A stretch of 63,427 nt of DNA, the filler included, from Phoronis australis (lineage: Eukaryota; Animalia; Phoronida): assembly GCA_002633005.1 (NCBI GenBank). It is 4 parts of 4 records of this genome, joined end to end, with 100 filler letters (N's around TTAATTAATTAA, not from the genome) between each part and the next. Parts side by side here need not be neighbours in the genome. Positions count along the whole stretch, not along the records: positions 1 to 13,157 come from NMRA01001236.1; 3 more parts are not named here. One strand, written 5' to 3'. A model generated the notes under the pieces. The model was given only the letters and a program-made list of their open reading frames with translations. It was not told the DNA's origin and searched no databases. Made by a program: the position numbers and the translations under genes. This document shows, in pieces, positions 1 through 11,805 of the stretch; position 1 is the stretch's first letter; the number at the start of each line of letters is the position of its first letter.

Positions 1-623
1 TTTTAATTCTATGTTTCTGTGGTGCTTTAAGCAACTGATGTATAGGATGTGCTTGTATTATGAAGATCACTCACATTTTGCCCCTAGCCTATTGAGGAGA
101 CAATGACCATGCCTTTCCATTTTGCAAAGTACAACACACTACATATATGCCCTCTACTGGCCACTTTATGTTACCAATAAAGGACCCTAGAAGGATACCG
201 TATACGGTGCAATTGTGGGCGCATTTCAACGCTCTGCGTTGCTCTTGTTTAAAAGCCGTTCAAAAACTATTTCTGCACTGTATTGTATGATACCAAATTT
301 TTAATATAATGCCAAAAGATTACATAACATACTCAGCATTTTATAAATAAGTGTTTGAGGAAGTCATAATCAAAATATTTAATTAGAATAGGAAAAAATC
401 TGTGCTATAATTTATTTTGAAAGTATTTTGTATTTCTTGCATTTGTTAGTGGAATTTTATTATAATTCTTCCAAGTACAAAATCTTAAGTTGTCCCGTCT
501 TTAAACTTCTGAGTGATGGGTGGTGACTGGTAAAACTTCATAAAAAGAAATTAGTGTTAGGTCAAAAGAAAAGTATTGTGAAAATATGTACTATATACAT
601 TTCTTGTGCAAGCATGATCACTA

Positions 624-1600
624 TTAATCACTTGTAAGATAGTTGCCAGTATCATTTAAATGAAAATACATCAGAATATTCTGCATAACAGATGTTCCTT
701 CTATAAGAATCTTACTATTACGGTTAGGTCTGTGTTTTTTTGAGATATAGCAATCAGCAGCAGGACGCCATCTTAAAACACAAACCATCATAATTCCAAA
801 AATAGATGGCGATAGTAGTTCACACAAAGTGGGCTCATACAAATCTGATGGTAAATCCTGAATACCAGCCATTGTTGTAATGCTGAATGCACATTCAGTA
901 AATGCTTCAATATTGTTGATCAGGCTGTAACAACAGAGAAGTGTAAAATCCGTGAGTCGCTGTGCAGTTGGGCATCTAGATCCCTCCTGCACATGTACAT
1001 TGTTTATATTTAATTGTAGAATTTAAGTATCTTGTTTTATTTATAAGCATTAAACCAATGAAGTAAGCCTGCCATTTTAGTTTCACTGAATTCTAAGATT
1101 TGCCGTTTGCAATGTTGCGCTCTTCTTTGATAAAAATGTTGCTATGGTTTATCACCTAATTTTCCATCAAATTGATTGCCAACCTTAGTGGTGTCCTTTT
1201 ACACTTGATCAAATAAATTTTCAACTGTCCGTTTTCAATGCATAAAAGTACTACTGAACTTCATGTTAATGCCTAGACTGCTTCCAAATTGTCTATGTCT
1301 TTGTGAACCCATATTTCACCAGAATTCTAGTTCCAAAAATGCCCAATTTTTATGACCTTTGTGTAATGGTCAGTCAGTTTCATCAGTACCTACTGTGGTG
1401 CTCATGTCAATTTTCATAGATTGTTTAAATTATAGGCTGATCTTTTATTTGAGTGTTGCTCATGAAGTCCCTTATCAATGCAGCTCCCATAGGCATTTAC
1501 CTGGTGGACACTTTAGGTTTTCTAAAAAATTCATTTTCAAGCACTCTTGTGTAGCTTAATACCCAATAATTTACAATTCATTTTAAGCAAGTTGGGTGAT
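624..1600 (-). pseudogene. Possible highly decayed 3' end of a non-LTR retrotransposon ORF2
   Basis: The minus strand near 1270-1340 reads roughly (LE)-SGEIWVHKDIDNLEAV, resembling the 'LxYxxEIW...IxxLExV' post-RT region of LINEs. It has many stops and frameshifts. Confidence 0.25.
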
Positions 1601-2402
1601 AGATAACCTGGACGAATATGGTTTATGTTTTCTGAATCTCCCTGGTTTAAGAAGTTAATGTTCAAATCTGTACAAACTGTTGAAAATCAAACGTTATAAA
1701 ATGGCCGCTAAACCTTTACCTGCATTTTAAACAGGAATGTTGTTTCTAACAATTTGCATATTTGGCACATAAATAATGAGTTTAAAGTAAAGTGATCAGT
1801 AGCAATGAAAAAATTATCTGTAACCTGACACACGAAAGCTAATAATTGCTGTAAAATTATGTGGTTTAATTTTCCGAATACATTTAATGATAACAAAACA
1901 TTATCTTGACATTTTAGTTTATTCGTGAAGATTGCCACCTGTTCCAACACAGACTCCCTACTTGAGCAATGTCCATTTTATAAATAAATCTAGATATTGA
2001 ATGCAAAATTTTGATCATGAAATGTTTCTAGCGATAGAAAAAATACTGAAAATGTTCAAACAAAATTCTGTAAATGGTTACTGTCTTCTCTGTCTGCTAT
2101 AAAGACGACCAACGCCATGACAATGGTGGGGGTGTGAATGTTATGATTTATTTGTGTCTTAAATATGTAGGCCTATAACATATTTTTGAAAGTATTGAAA
2201 ATGCATTATGATAGGCTTTCGAAACAATGTTTTTGGTGTTATATGCAACGCAATTGCATGATCAAAATAATACGTGTACCCGTATTCAAAATTTGCTGTA
2301 AACAACTGCTTTCAGTCGTGTATGGTTGAACCAGGGAGTCGGTGATGAACAATACTTTTTGTTTATAATTCAAACAAAGACTGAAAGAACTTATTGGAGT
2401 AC

Positions 2403-2582
2403 CTGAATCTTTTGGCATTTTTCGTATGTAAGACATTTCTTCTCATATAGAGCATCGATGAGTGTATCTTCTGCATCCAAGTTGTCGAATAAGAAAACTT
2501 GCTTCTCTTGAAGCAGTTTCGTCCACCGTCTTGCCATTAAAGACATTACTTCCCCTTGTTTAGCTGAGCTGTCAACGTCCAT
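2403..2582 (-). CDS. First coding exon of a CARD/death-fold domain protein (helices 1-3); the rest probably lies left of the window
   Basis: MDVDSSAKQGEVMSLMARRWTKLLQEKQVFLFDNLDAEDTLIDALYEKKCLTYEKCQKIQ fits the CARD pattern 'LxxxRxxLxxxLdxxxlLDxLxxxxxLTxxxxxxI'. It ends at a phase-0 CAG|GT donor (2403/2402). An in-frame stop lies upstream of the ATG and an acceptor (ttacag) sits at ~2640. Confidence 0.6.
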
Positions 2583-2701
2583 CTTCTTGCTGTGCTCAAG
2601 TTGACGGTGATGTTTTCACTTTCTGAGAATGAATTTTGTCTGTAATTTCAATAGTGTATGTGACTTATTGTTTAGTTTCCTTGCATTCAATCGTGTTCCT
2701 C

Positions 2702-2955
2702 CATGCACGCACCCAGCCTCCAATATGGGGGGGGCTCGAATTCTTGGTGAGGTGGACCTTTTAGTTACAAAATAGTTGGTAGACTAAAAAAAAACGGGGT
2801 ACCACGTCCAGAGCTGCGAATTGTGCGTTTGCGTCTTTTTAGTGGACTTTTTGTCTTGTTTTCTCTTTTTGTTTCTCTGAGGCGAACCTTTTTGTCCACT
2901 TTGCCAAATGGAGGGCTCATTCGAGCCCCCGGGCCCCTCCCTGGGTGCGCGCATG
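2702..2955. mobile_element. MITE with CATG termini and a 5-bp TSD
   Basis: TIRs CATGCACGCACCCAG / CTGGGTGCGCGCATG; TCCTC is duplicated at 2697-2701 and 2956-2960. Confidence 0.7.
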
Positions 2956-3591
2956 TCCTCTAATTTTCAAATTTGGGAAAATTTGTTCCTTCATTGGATG
3001 GTCAAAGTTAAACAGTACAGCTGTACTAAACTAACACACATTGTTTATTGTTTATTCGCTGCATTGAATCCAAACAAAAGATATCGTCACATGACCCAAT
3101 CAATAACAGAATGATATAAAGTTAAAAAATCCAAAATCTACAGGTTTTCAGCTTTCATAGTTTATTTAGTTTTGTAGATATTTTGCTGAATGTACAAACT
3201 TCTTCGTAAGGTTTTACATAACCGGAAAGAGAAATGTCTGAGAAAACTATTGCAAGAAATAATACCAGCCTTACTATTGATGTTGCCAAGTATCTGAAGG
3301 GGTATTTTCAAAGCCTCTAGCATACCGTATTACAAATTAGGCTTTGAAATGCTTGGAGTTTTTGTTGTCAAAGTGAACTATAATGTTAGTCCTAGCACTT
3401 CGAGTGGTTGGAAGTACATTTATAATTAGCTATGTATACAGTAAAAATTCTTTAGCGGGAAAAATAAGAAAACACCACTTTTTTGTCCAAAGGAGAACTT
3501 TTAATCTTTTTATTGACCACGAAAACCGAAATTAGGGCAAAATTTAAGAGGGACTTGGTTATCTAGCATTTATTTTTGGACCTAATTTCAA

Positions 3592-3936
3592 AGGGATACT
3601 AAACCCTGTTTTAATGATTTCAACCAATCCTCGTTCTGTCACCTGCTAATCCAATCTTGAAAGATAAAAGTGGGAATCAACTAAAAACCTCCCGTTTCAC
3701 AAATTGGACATAATGGTCCTTTTTGGGTGGTCTTTTCCCACAGTTGCCATGTAATTGCTAAATGTGTAGATTACACTTTTTTCCATTTAGCAGACTTCAA
3801 AAAAAGTTTTCAAATTTTCCTCCAAACTTTTGAGAGGGTTGTCAAGGATTTTAAGGCATTGTTTTGTTTCAAAGATCTGGATAGGAAAGGTGTTCTTAGT
3901 ATCTTTTAATAGGCCAAAACTGGGTTTGATATCCTT
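3592..3936. mobile_element. Degenerate non-autonomous Kolobok-type MITE
   Basis: Imperfect TIRs AGGGATACTAAACCCTGTTTT / AAAACTGGGTTTGATATCCTT, flanked by TCAA and TTAA. Confidence 0.5.
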
Positions 3937-4243
3937 TTAAAGCCTTTCTAGGAAAAGAACAACAATATATAAAACTTGTTATATAATGATGATTCAGCAA
4001 TATGGTATTGCCTTATGCATTATAAGTCCCGTAGCTTTTCCAAAACTTTCAAGTACCTGAATTAGTCTTCAGTTCAGGGCTTCCATTTTGCAGCACATTG
4101 GCAAGAAACTTTTCTTCCTTACTCAGATTCTGATACAAGGGAGCAGTCACACAAGTGACATGTCTCCCGTGCCTAGAGGAACACCTTCGTCCTCCACTGC
4201 TGTTGCAGAACCACTGGCCTCTCCCTTAGCATTCACATATAAA

Positions 4244-4253
4244 GGAAAAACCC
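4244..4253 (-). promoter_or_regulatory. kB/Rel-like site (GGGTTTTTCC) beside a TATA-like element, upstream of the CARD exon
   Basis: The minus strand reads GGGTTTTTCC-TTTATAT, then ~110 nt, then a GA|GTAAGG donor at ~4122. This is compatible with a promoter plus a non-coding first exon. Confidence 0.3.
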
Positions 4254-5744
4254 ACGTTATTATTTGATATTTCAGTAGTTTTTATTAACTTATTGTCTCA
4301 TGTTTTTTTTGTAAACAAAAACTTCACAAGTCTTTATTATGTAAAACCTTTCCTGGGTTATTATATTACATTTAAATTATCCAGGTACTGTATTTCCATT
4401 ATTTGTTTTTCTTTTAGTTTTTGTTGTCATTTAATTCGTTTTTATTCAGTATATGCCAAAAATAGGTTAATTTGTTTGCGTTGATGTATTGGCTTGGCAA
4501 TTGTCCCGTTTGGTTGGTTTTAGTTATTGATGGTGACTCATTGGGGGCCAAATTTTCTTGTGCTGTTTTAAAGACAGAATAGCATACCAAATGTCTTTTG
4601 CACATATTCGGCAAGCATAAGTGTGTTGCTTTGTTATGAAGTTTTGTTTTTTTGTTGTTTATTGTTTGTTGTGACTGAGAATTTGTTCAATGCCAATAGT
4701 CTTGAATAGAACCCCCTTGGTTCCTGGTATTGGCAAAAGGCCATCATTGCCCCATAACGGACGGTACTTTGAAAAATGTAATTTGGGGAATTATTCTGTG
4801 CATAGAACTGCAGATTACTAGGGATATCCAATACAATGTCTTGAGTGCCTTTCTGGAAACAGCCATTCATTTAAGTCGCTATTTGTTCTCAAAAATGCCT
4901 GGGTATTTTTTTGGGATAACCTTTTTTTCTGATCCTTGATTTAGCTGTCCTGTTCATGCAGCCGCATACTTTTCACCTTTGAAATGCCCACATAATGATG
5001 AGTACTGTACATGCCAATTATTTACTGTTTTGTAACAAGTATGTGCAGTTTTATTTGTTCTAATGTTAGCAATTAGCATTCATTGCACAGAAGGATTTCC
5101 ATTTAAAAATGCTTGATTTTCAGCACAATTCATATGTTTGAGTTGACTAACATTCCAAAGAGAATGGCAACAGTACACTGTGCAAACTCTAGAATGTGAA
5201 ACTGAACCCAATAATTTTTTTGTATGTGGGTGCATATTGCTGTCATCTCTATCTGGGCGTCCGGCATTCGCGGCTGTGTCTCCTAAACCCCTTGCAGGAT
5301 CTTATTGAAATTTGGCAGGTGTGTTCCAATGGGGTTGACGACAAAAGGCGACTGGTTTCGGATTGACCTGAACACCGTTGGGTCCCCTAGTGGCAATTTT
5401 AGTTTTTTACGTTTGCCTTCAAAGGTCCTCAACCGATATTCAGGAAATTTGGCACATAGGCATCTATTAATGAGATGACGTTATCCTTTTGTTATTGGAT
5501 GGATTCGAATTATTTTGCGCCATCAAGTGGCCATTTTTAGTATTTTCGAGTCCGTTTTTGGCATCCACCCCTCTGTCAACCAAACCGCTCTAAGGATGAT
5601 TGTGGAAATTGGCATGTATGTTCTTACTATAAAGAGAACAATTGACTATGTTTTTCCGGTGACTTTGACTACAGTGGCACCTCCTAGTGGCAGTTTTGTT
5701 TGTTTTTGCGCCATCTCCTAAATGCTCTACAGGATCTTTTTTAA

Positions 5745-7084
5745 AGGCGAAGGCAACCTTTTTTCATGTCACTTTTAGCAAAAATAAGGTTCGTTGATCA
5801 TCCCAGACACATTTTTCACTTAATTACAGCTTTTCGTAATTTAATTAATTTCTCGTCCTCTACTCCTGAAGTGACGTTTTGGGAGGCAAGAGTTTCGCCC
5901 CATTTTTTTTTCATTAAAGTCTGACTGTGAGGGCTGTCGAGTCACTCATTGTTCTACCTCGGTTGTGATAAATTCGGTCGTCGTTTGCTTTTGTTTACAA
6001 ATCAGTCAACATGCCACGCTGTTGCAGCGTGCCGGGATGTACTCATTTTCGTCTCACACGTGCTTTGGGTGCCTTGCGTCGCTTCCCGAAGGATGACACA
6101 CTTCACCGTACTTGGCTACTGAGCTCGTTCATGTGAAGAACGCAGCGCTACCCGTCCACGCAACGTACAAAGCAGTGGGGGGTTACCAAGTGTGTGCAAG
6201 CATTTTCTGCCGTCAGATTACGACAGAGATATATACGCTGAATTGATGAAGGTCCCTGCGAAACAACGCCTGAAGAAGGGTACTATACCCTCGCTGTTGA
6301 TTCTCGGCAGTGCCCGGTCGCCAACCCCGAGAAGTGCGTTTTTGAAGCGAGAAGCCTCGCGAGCTGTGGCCACTATATACAGTGACTTGAGGCACTTCAT
6401 CTACTGTCACCCGTGCCTCCGAACGTACCCCATTGCGTGCAATTCCGGGAACTAGCAGTGATTTGCCCTGTGCTGTTGTCTCTAGCCCAGAGCCTGTAAG
6501 CAGCCCTGCAGCGATGTTGAGTAGTGGGAGTGAATACAGGCCCAGTTCAACACCCAGTGAAGATGACAGTTCGTCATCCAATGAACAGATTGGTGAGCCT
6601 AAGTTTATTGATAAGTTTATTGTGGACTTGTATTGGAGCTATTTAAAAGGTGCCAGGTGTGTGGCGAGGGAGTCAACGGCGGGATCTAAGCAGTTTGGAT
6701 GCTCAGATCACTCTCCAGTGGGAGTGTGTCGCGGGACACTCGGGCAAGTGGCCGGTGACAGTTCTTCCTCTGTACGCGAGACGATAATGAGTACACCCCA
6801 GTATGCAGCAACAGCGTGGCATGTTGACTGACTCGTAGGCAAAAGCAAACGACGACCGAACTTATCACAACCGAGGTAGAACAATGACTGACTCGACTGC
6901 TTTCACAGTCAGACTATATAAAAAGAAATTGGCGCGAAATTCTTGCCTCCCAAAACATCACTTCCGGAGTAGACGAGTAATTAATTAAATTACGAAAAGC
7001 AGTAAATAAGTGAAAAATATGTCTGGGATAATCAACGAACCTCATTTTTGCTAAAAATGACATGAAAAAAGGTTGCCTTCGCCT
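5745..7084 (+). mobile_element. Kolobok-family DNA transposon derivative (non-autonomous, two THAP-side ends)
   Basis: Termini AGGCGAAGGCAACC...GGTTGCCTTCGCCT with TTAA TSD (5741-5744, 7085-7088). Inverted arms are ~310 bp. The interior holds a decayed THAP and transposase N-terminus. Confidence 0.88.
6011..6775 (+). pseudogene. Frameshifted THAP zinc finger and N-terminal part of a Kolobok transposase
   Basis: MPRCCSVPGC...RRFPKDD...W, then VCKHFLPSDY...RLKKGTIPSL (THAP C2CH and AVPTIF-like box), then KFIVDL. Several frameshifts; the DDE domain is absent. Confidence 0.8.
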
Positions 7085-10057
7085 TTAAATGCAGCAAATG
7101 TGTTTGTATGAAATTGACAACAGACGATGACTCTTGGACTACAGGTATGCCCTCTAGTGGCCATTTTAGACATTTTTACCTTTACCTCTGTATCTTCAAA
7201 GGTCCTTGATGAATTTCCATTGAATTTGGCATATAGGCATCTATTAATGAGGTGACGCTATCCTCCAGTTTTCGGATGGATTCGAGGTATTTTGCGCCAC
7301 TTAGTGGCCATTTTTAATGTTTTACAGTCTGTTTTTGGCGTCCACTCCTCCATCAGCCAAACCACTCTAAGGATGATTTTGAAAATTGGCATGTATGTTC
7401 TTACCATAAAGAGGACAATTGACGATGTTTTTCTGATGACTTCGACTATAGTGGTGCGTCCTAGTGGCAGTTTTGTTTTTGTTTTTGTTTTGCGCCCAGG
7501 CATACCTGTATCTCCTAAGCCCTCTGCAGGATCTTTATGAAAATTAGCACGTGCATTTATATGAAGTTAACAACGGAAGACGGCGACTTTCAGACGGGTG
7601 CAACTGACACTGCCCCCTGGTGGCAATTTCATTTTTTTGTTTTCCTCTGTTTCTCTGATGAAGTTCTTCAACGAATTTTCATGGAATTTGTTAAATAGCT
7701 TTTTTTTAAAGAAACGGTGACATTTTCCGGTTTTCAGACATTTTCAAGGTATTTTGCTCCATCTAGTGGCCATTTTTACTGTTTTCTAGTCTATTTTTGA
7801 GGTCTGCCCTCTGTCAACCAAACCACTTTTAGGATGATTGTGAAAATTGGCTTGTATATTGTTAGTGTGAAGAGCATGGTTGACGATGATTTTTCGGCTT
7901 CATTTACGGTAAAGTCATGCGATTTTCAGACAATCAAAATTAATTGCAATAGAAAAAATTCATTCTTGGACGAATCTCGCAAAACATCAATTTTGTGGTG
8001 TCTGAATTTGGCGAACTTCCAAATTTGTGTTTCGGCTTGTGTTCGAATTTCGTGGGTGTACATTATTTCAATGAGTGGTCGTAGTATCAACACTGCCGAC
8101 TCGCCTATGACTGTTATTTGGTAGCAGTATAATTGCTGGTCAATGAGACTCAAGCGGTTAATTTTTGAAAAACGGGATTTCCCTATAAGAAATGTGCGTT
8201 GCCGACGCCCAAAGAACGTTCCCGACAAGTGCTGGTTCTTATTTTCAAAAATATACTGCCGATGCTCTAAAACCGTTATTGGCAAGAGACGAAATTTTTT
8301 TCAAAAACGCGCTATTGCACTTGAAATATCGGACTGCGTTGTGAAAAAAACAGTCAACCTGGTGATAAAATATGGTGTTTCCAATGAGTTGGTCTGGTTT
8401 GCGTTGTTGACGCACATGAAACGTTTGGGACAACTGATGATTCCCTTTTGTAAAAGTGAATTTTCTCAATAAAAATGTCGAGTTTGCGTTGTCAACACAC
8501 ATAGAGTGTCCCGATAAGTGTTTTTTCAATGTGGTTTCCCAATAAAATGCTGGACTTGTGTATGCGACGCACAAAGAGGGTTCCCGACCATCAAAACGTG
8601 CTTTCTCTATTTTAACGAATTCTACATTAAACATAACAGTAATGGATGTGGGAACGAGTTCAATGAAGGAAGTGATGAACATTGACGAGAACAGAGTATA
8701 TATTTATATTTGTTAAACGCATTCATGCGTCTGCTAATTACAAACCAAAATGCAAGTTAACTCTGACACGTTTATTTCCATATTAACTGAAAGCTCAATT
8801 TCAACATGGAAACAAATGAACAATTATCCAAAATAGATTACAAAGACAATCATGATAGTAAAATGAGTAGTTTCTCATCGAGTCGTGATCCCCATTCGTC
8901 ACTCTGGTAGTCATCTGAATTGTTGAAGATGCGCATCGGACCACTGTCTTTCTACATGTTTAGGCCTATTGCAAACGATGGGAATGTGTCAACTCGTACA
9001 GTGCTGCTTGGCTGAAAACGTGATTAACTTACATTTTGTATATAGAAGGGCGCGGTCTTGAAAGTGAATGCAATTTCAAATGCTACTAACATCAAGTTCA
9101 GCCAACCATTTTTTATAATTGAAACCTTTCTCATCCATAGCCTTTGAAATGCCCAGTGTTAAGTCAGTGATACACTGGTACGTCTTCATGCAACAGGGTT
9201 CGCTTACGTTTTTAACCACAGGCTTAACTGCTGACAGTGAAAACTCTTGTGAAATCTGGTTGTGGATGAAGTGAAATTGATAATCGTTAACATTTTCTGG
9301 TAATCTGGGTGGAAGATAACAGGGCCCGTTGTCACCTATTTCGTGTAGCTCTCTCTCAATTACTACTAATTTGCGCCCCCCCCCCCTGGCCCCCTGCTGC
9401 CCACCAATGTCGATTTAGTGCCACTAATTGTACGGGTGTCGTCTAGGTGCACCCCTCTGCCAAGACCGTGTTTGGGACATTGGGACAGCGTGAACTCATG
9501 AAGAACGTAAACCGGGCAATTTAAGAACCGGTCTACTATTTATGCACTTAATTTTCCAGTTCTTCCTTGATGTATACTTAACCAGTTACAGTCCATCTAT
9601 GTTGACCATTTTCATTTCATTGCGTCATATATTTGCTACAGTTACGAACGATGGTTCCGATAGTTCTTCCTACAGGACGCCACACACTTCTGCTAAAATT
9701 TAAAGTATAACAGTCACGAGTTTAAAGGCGAAGGCAACCTTTTTCTATGTCATTTTGAGCTAAAATAAGGTTGGTTGGTTATCCTAAACATATTTTCCAC
9801 TTAATTACAGCTTTTCGTAATTTTATAGATTACTCGTCCGCTACTCCGGAAGTGACGTTTTAGGAGGCAAGCGTTTCCCGCCACTTGGTTTTGCGTTAAC
9901 TTTACCGTGCAAATCTGTTCTATTTTCCTTTTTTTATGCTGTTTTTCAACAACTGTCGCCATCGCTTTCCATCGACGAGTATTCTGCGGCAAGATAAGTT
10001 AGTAGAGAACTCAACTACGTTGGATTTAGGGATTGTTTAGTGTGTTGTAAGCTGAAA

Positions 10058-10362
10058 ATGGCTGGAGTCGGTGACCCGTATCACAGTGACAGTAGTGTGA
10101 GTGATGGAGACCTTTTTCACAGCAGTGGTGACGAGGAATTTTTTCACGGACATTCAGTGGGTGGGTACATGTTTGAGCCCGAGTATAACGAGGCAGAGTA
10201 CGCACAGGCACAGGCAGCTGTTGAGAGAAACGAGGCGGCTACTGAGGACAGACCTGGTGACACATCTTGGTGCAAATGCACTGTGTGCGTTGTTATGCCT
10301 ACCTCAATGGAATGCTTGTGCTGTTCAGAGTTCGACGAGGCCAAGCCACTACTGGACATGGT
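10058..10362 (+). pseudogene. KolX accessory protein N-terminus (P2X7 cytoplasmic ballast-like Zn-Cys domain), truncated
   Basis: GYMFEPEY...DTSWCKCTVCVVMPTSMECLCCSE matches the remembered 'PYMFEP...WCxCxxCxxMPTxxECxCCxE' motif of KolX/P2X7-ballast proteins. Confidence 0.8.
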
Positions 10363-11151
10363 TAAGTGGACCTCCGGCATACCACGGACAGAGGAACAAC
10401 TGTCCCACTTGCCAGAGTGTCCCGTGACACACTCCCACTGGATGGTCACCTGAGCACCCAAACTGCTTACATCGTGTCGTGTGACTCCCTCGCCACACAC
10501 CTGGCACCTTCTAAATAGCTCCATCACTTTAGACAAGTCCACAATAAACTTATCAAAGTTTGACTCACCGATCTGTTCACTGGACGACGAACTGTCCTCT
10601 TCACTGGGTGTCGAACTGAGCCTGTAATCACTCCCACTACTCAATATCGCTGCAGGGCTGCTTAAAGGCTCTGGGATGGAGAAAACAGCACAGAGCGAAT
10701 CACTACTGGTTCCAGGAATTGCATGCTCTGGGGTACGTTCGGAGGCACGGGTGACAGTAGATGAAGTGCCTCCACTGGCTCCAGTCACCGTACTGGCCAC
10801 AGCTCGCGAGGCTTCTCGCTTCAAATATGCACTTCTCGAGGGTGGCGACGGGGCACTGCCAGGAATCAACACAGACGGAATGACAACCTTCTTCAGACGT
10901 TGTTTTGCAGGGACCTTCATCAGTTCAGCTTACAAATCCCTTTCGTAATCGGACGGCAGAAAGTGCTTGCCACATACACGGTAATTCTCCACTGCTTTGT
11001 ACGTTGCGTGGACGGGTAACACTGCGTTCTTCACACGAACGAGCCAATTACGGCGAAGTGTGTCATCCATCGGAAAGCGATGCAAAGGTACTCCCAAAGC
11101 GCCCGTGAGCCGATAATTAGTATATCCTGGTACGCAGCAACAGTGTGGCAT
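10363..11151 (-). pseudogene. THAP domain and zinc-finger N-terminus of a Kolobok transposase, truncated before the DDE core
   Basis: MPHCCCVPG...LHRFP...W...RVCGKHF...DL* (premature stop at 10930-10932), then RLKKVVIPSV and KFIVDLSKVMELFRRCQVCG...G..V...CVTGHSGKW. Confidence 0.85.
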
Positions 11152-11734
11152 ATTGACTGACAAGTAAATGAAAGCAAATGAGGACGGAACTTAACACAAC
11201 CGAGGTAGAACAATGACTGACTCGGCAGCTCTCACAGTCAGACTATATGAAAAGAAATTGGCGCGAAATGCTTGCCTCCTAAAACGTCACTTCCGGAAAA
11301 GCGGACGAGTAATTAATAAAATTACGAAAAGCTGTAATTAAGTGGAAAATATGTCTAGGATAACCAACCAACCAACCTTATTTTAGCTCAAAATGACATG
11401 GAAAAAGGTTGCCTTCACCTTTAATGAAGTCTCATTATCAGTACAGAAATACACTTACAGTTGAAATGCTCCTAAAATTATCTTACTTAATACAAAAATC
11501 ATGGTCTGTAGTTTAAGATCATGTTACTTTTTTGTCTCAAAACTATCAACTGAAGGTGGTGACATGGACAAGAAGACAAGGTCCTGTGGAAGGTAGATGT
11601 GGAACTGGGGGTCGGAAACACCTATCAGGTTCCAGGCCTGTTGCTTCGGACTGCAGGTCCTATATTCTTGTTAGCCTACCCTAGGACCACAAGAAGCAAC
11701 GACTACCAAATCTGATTCAACTGACTTGTCATTT

Positions 11735-11805
11735 TTTGAAATTGGTGGAGGATTTTCTTAGTCGCCGCTGACAAAGTGCCACAGGGTCCCGGTGTCCTTG
11801 TCGGG
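11735..11805 (+). pseudogene. Tiny decayed CR1-like reverse-transcriptase fragment
   Basis: KLVEDFLSRR*QSV followed by VPQG, resembling 'WIxSFLSxRxQxV...GVPQGS'. Confidence 0.3.

Larger units (their letters stand above)
5270..7890. repeat. Higher-order tandem repeat (3 x ~435 bp, built from ~150-bp subunits), possibly Helentron/DINE-like internal repeats; interrupted by a Kolobok
   Basis: Units start TCTCCTAA(A/G)...CAGGATCTT at ~5279, ~5714 and ~7511. Subunits carry GAAA(T)TTGGCA-like and CC(N)CTAGTGGC motifs. ORFs 5515-5721 and 7292-7540 are paralogous translations of the repeat. Confidence 0.8.
9726..11420 (-). mobile_element. Internally deleted Kolobok DNA transposon
   Basis: TIRs of ~155 bp (AGGCGAAGGCAACC.../...GGTTGCCTTCACCT) and TTAA TSD (9722-9725, 11421-11424). 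Two convergent gene fragments (KolX-like on plus, THAP-transposase on minus) are joined by a deletion near 10360. Confidence 0.9.

Noticed and set aside
10040-10453. Host P2X7 receptor gene
   Set aside because: There is no channel or ectodomain sequence, and the fragment lies inside transposon TIRs.
5745-11420. P-element or host THAP genes; piggyBac
   Set aside because: P elements make 8-bp TSDs and piggyBac ends start with CC. A TTAA TSD with AG...CT ends plus a KolX-like ORF indicates Kolobok.
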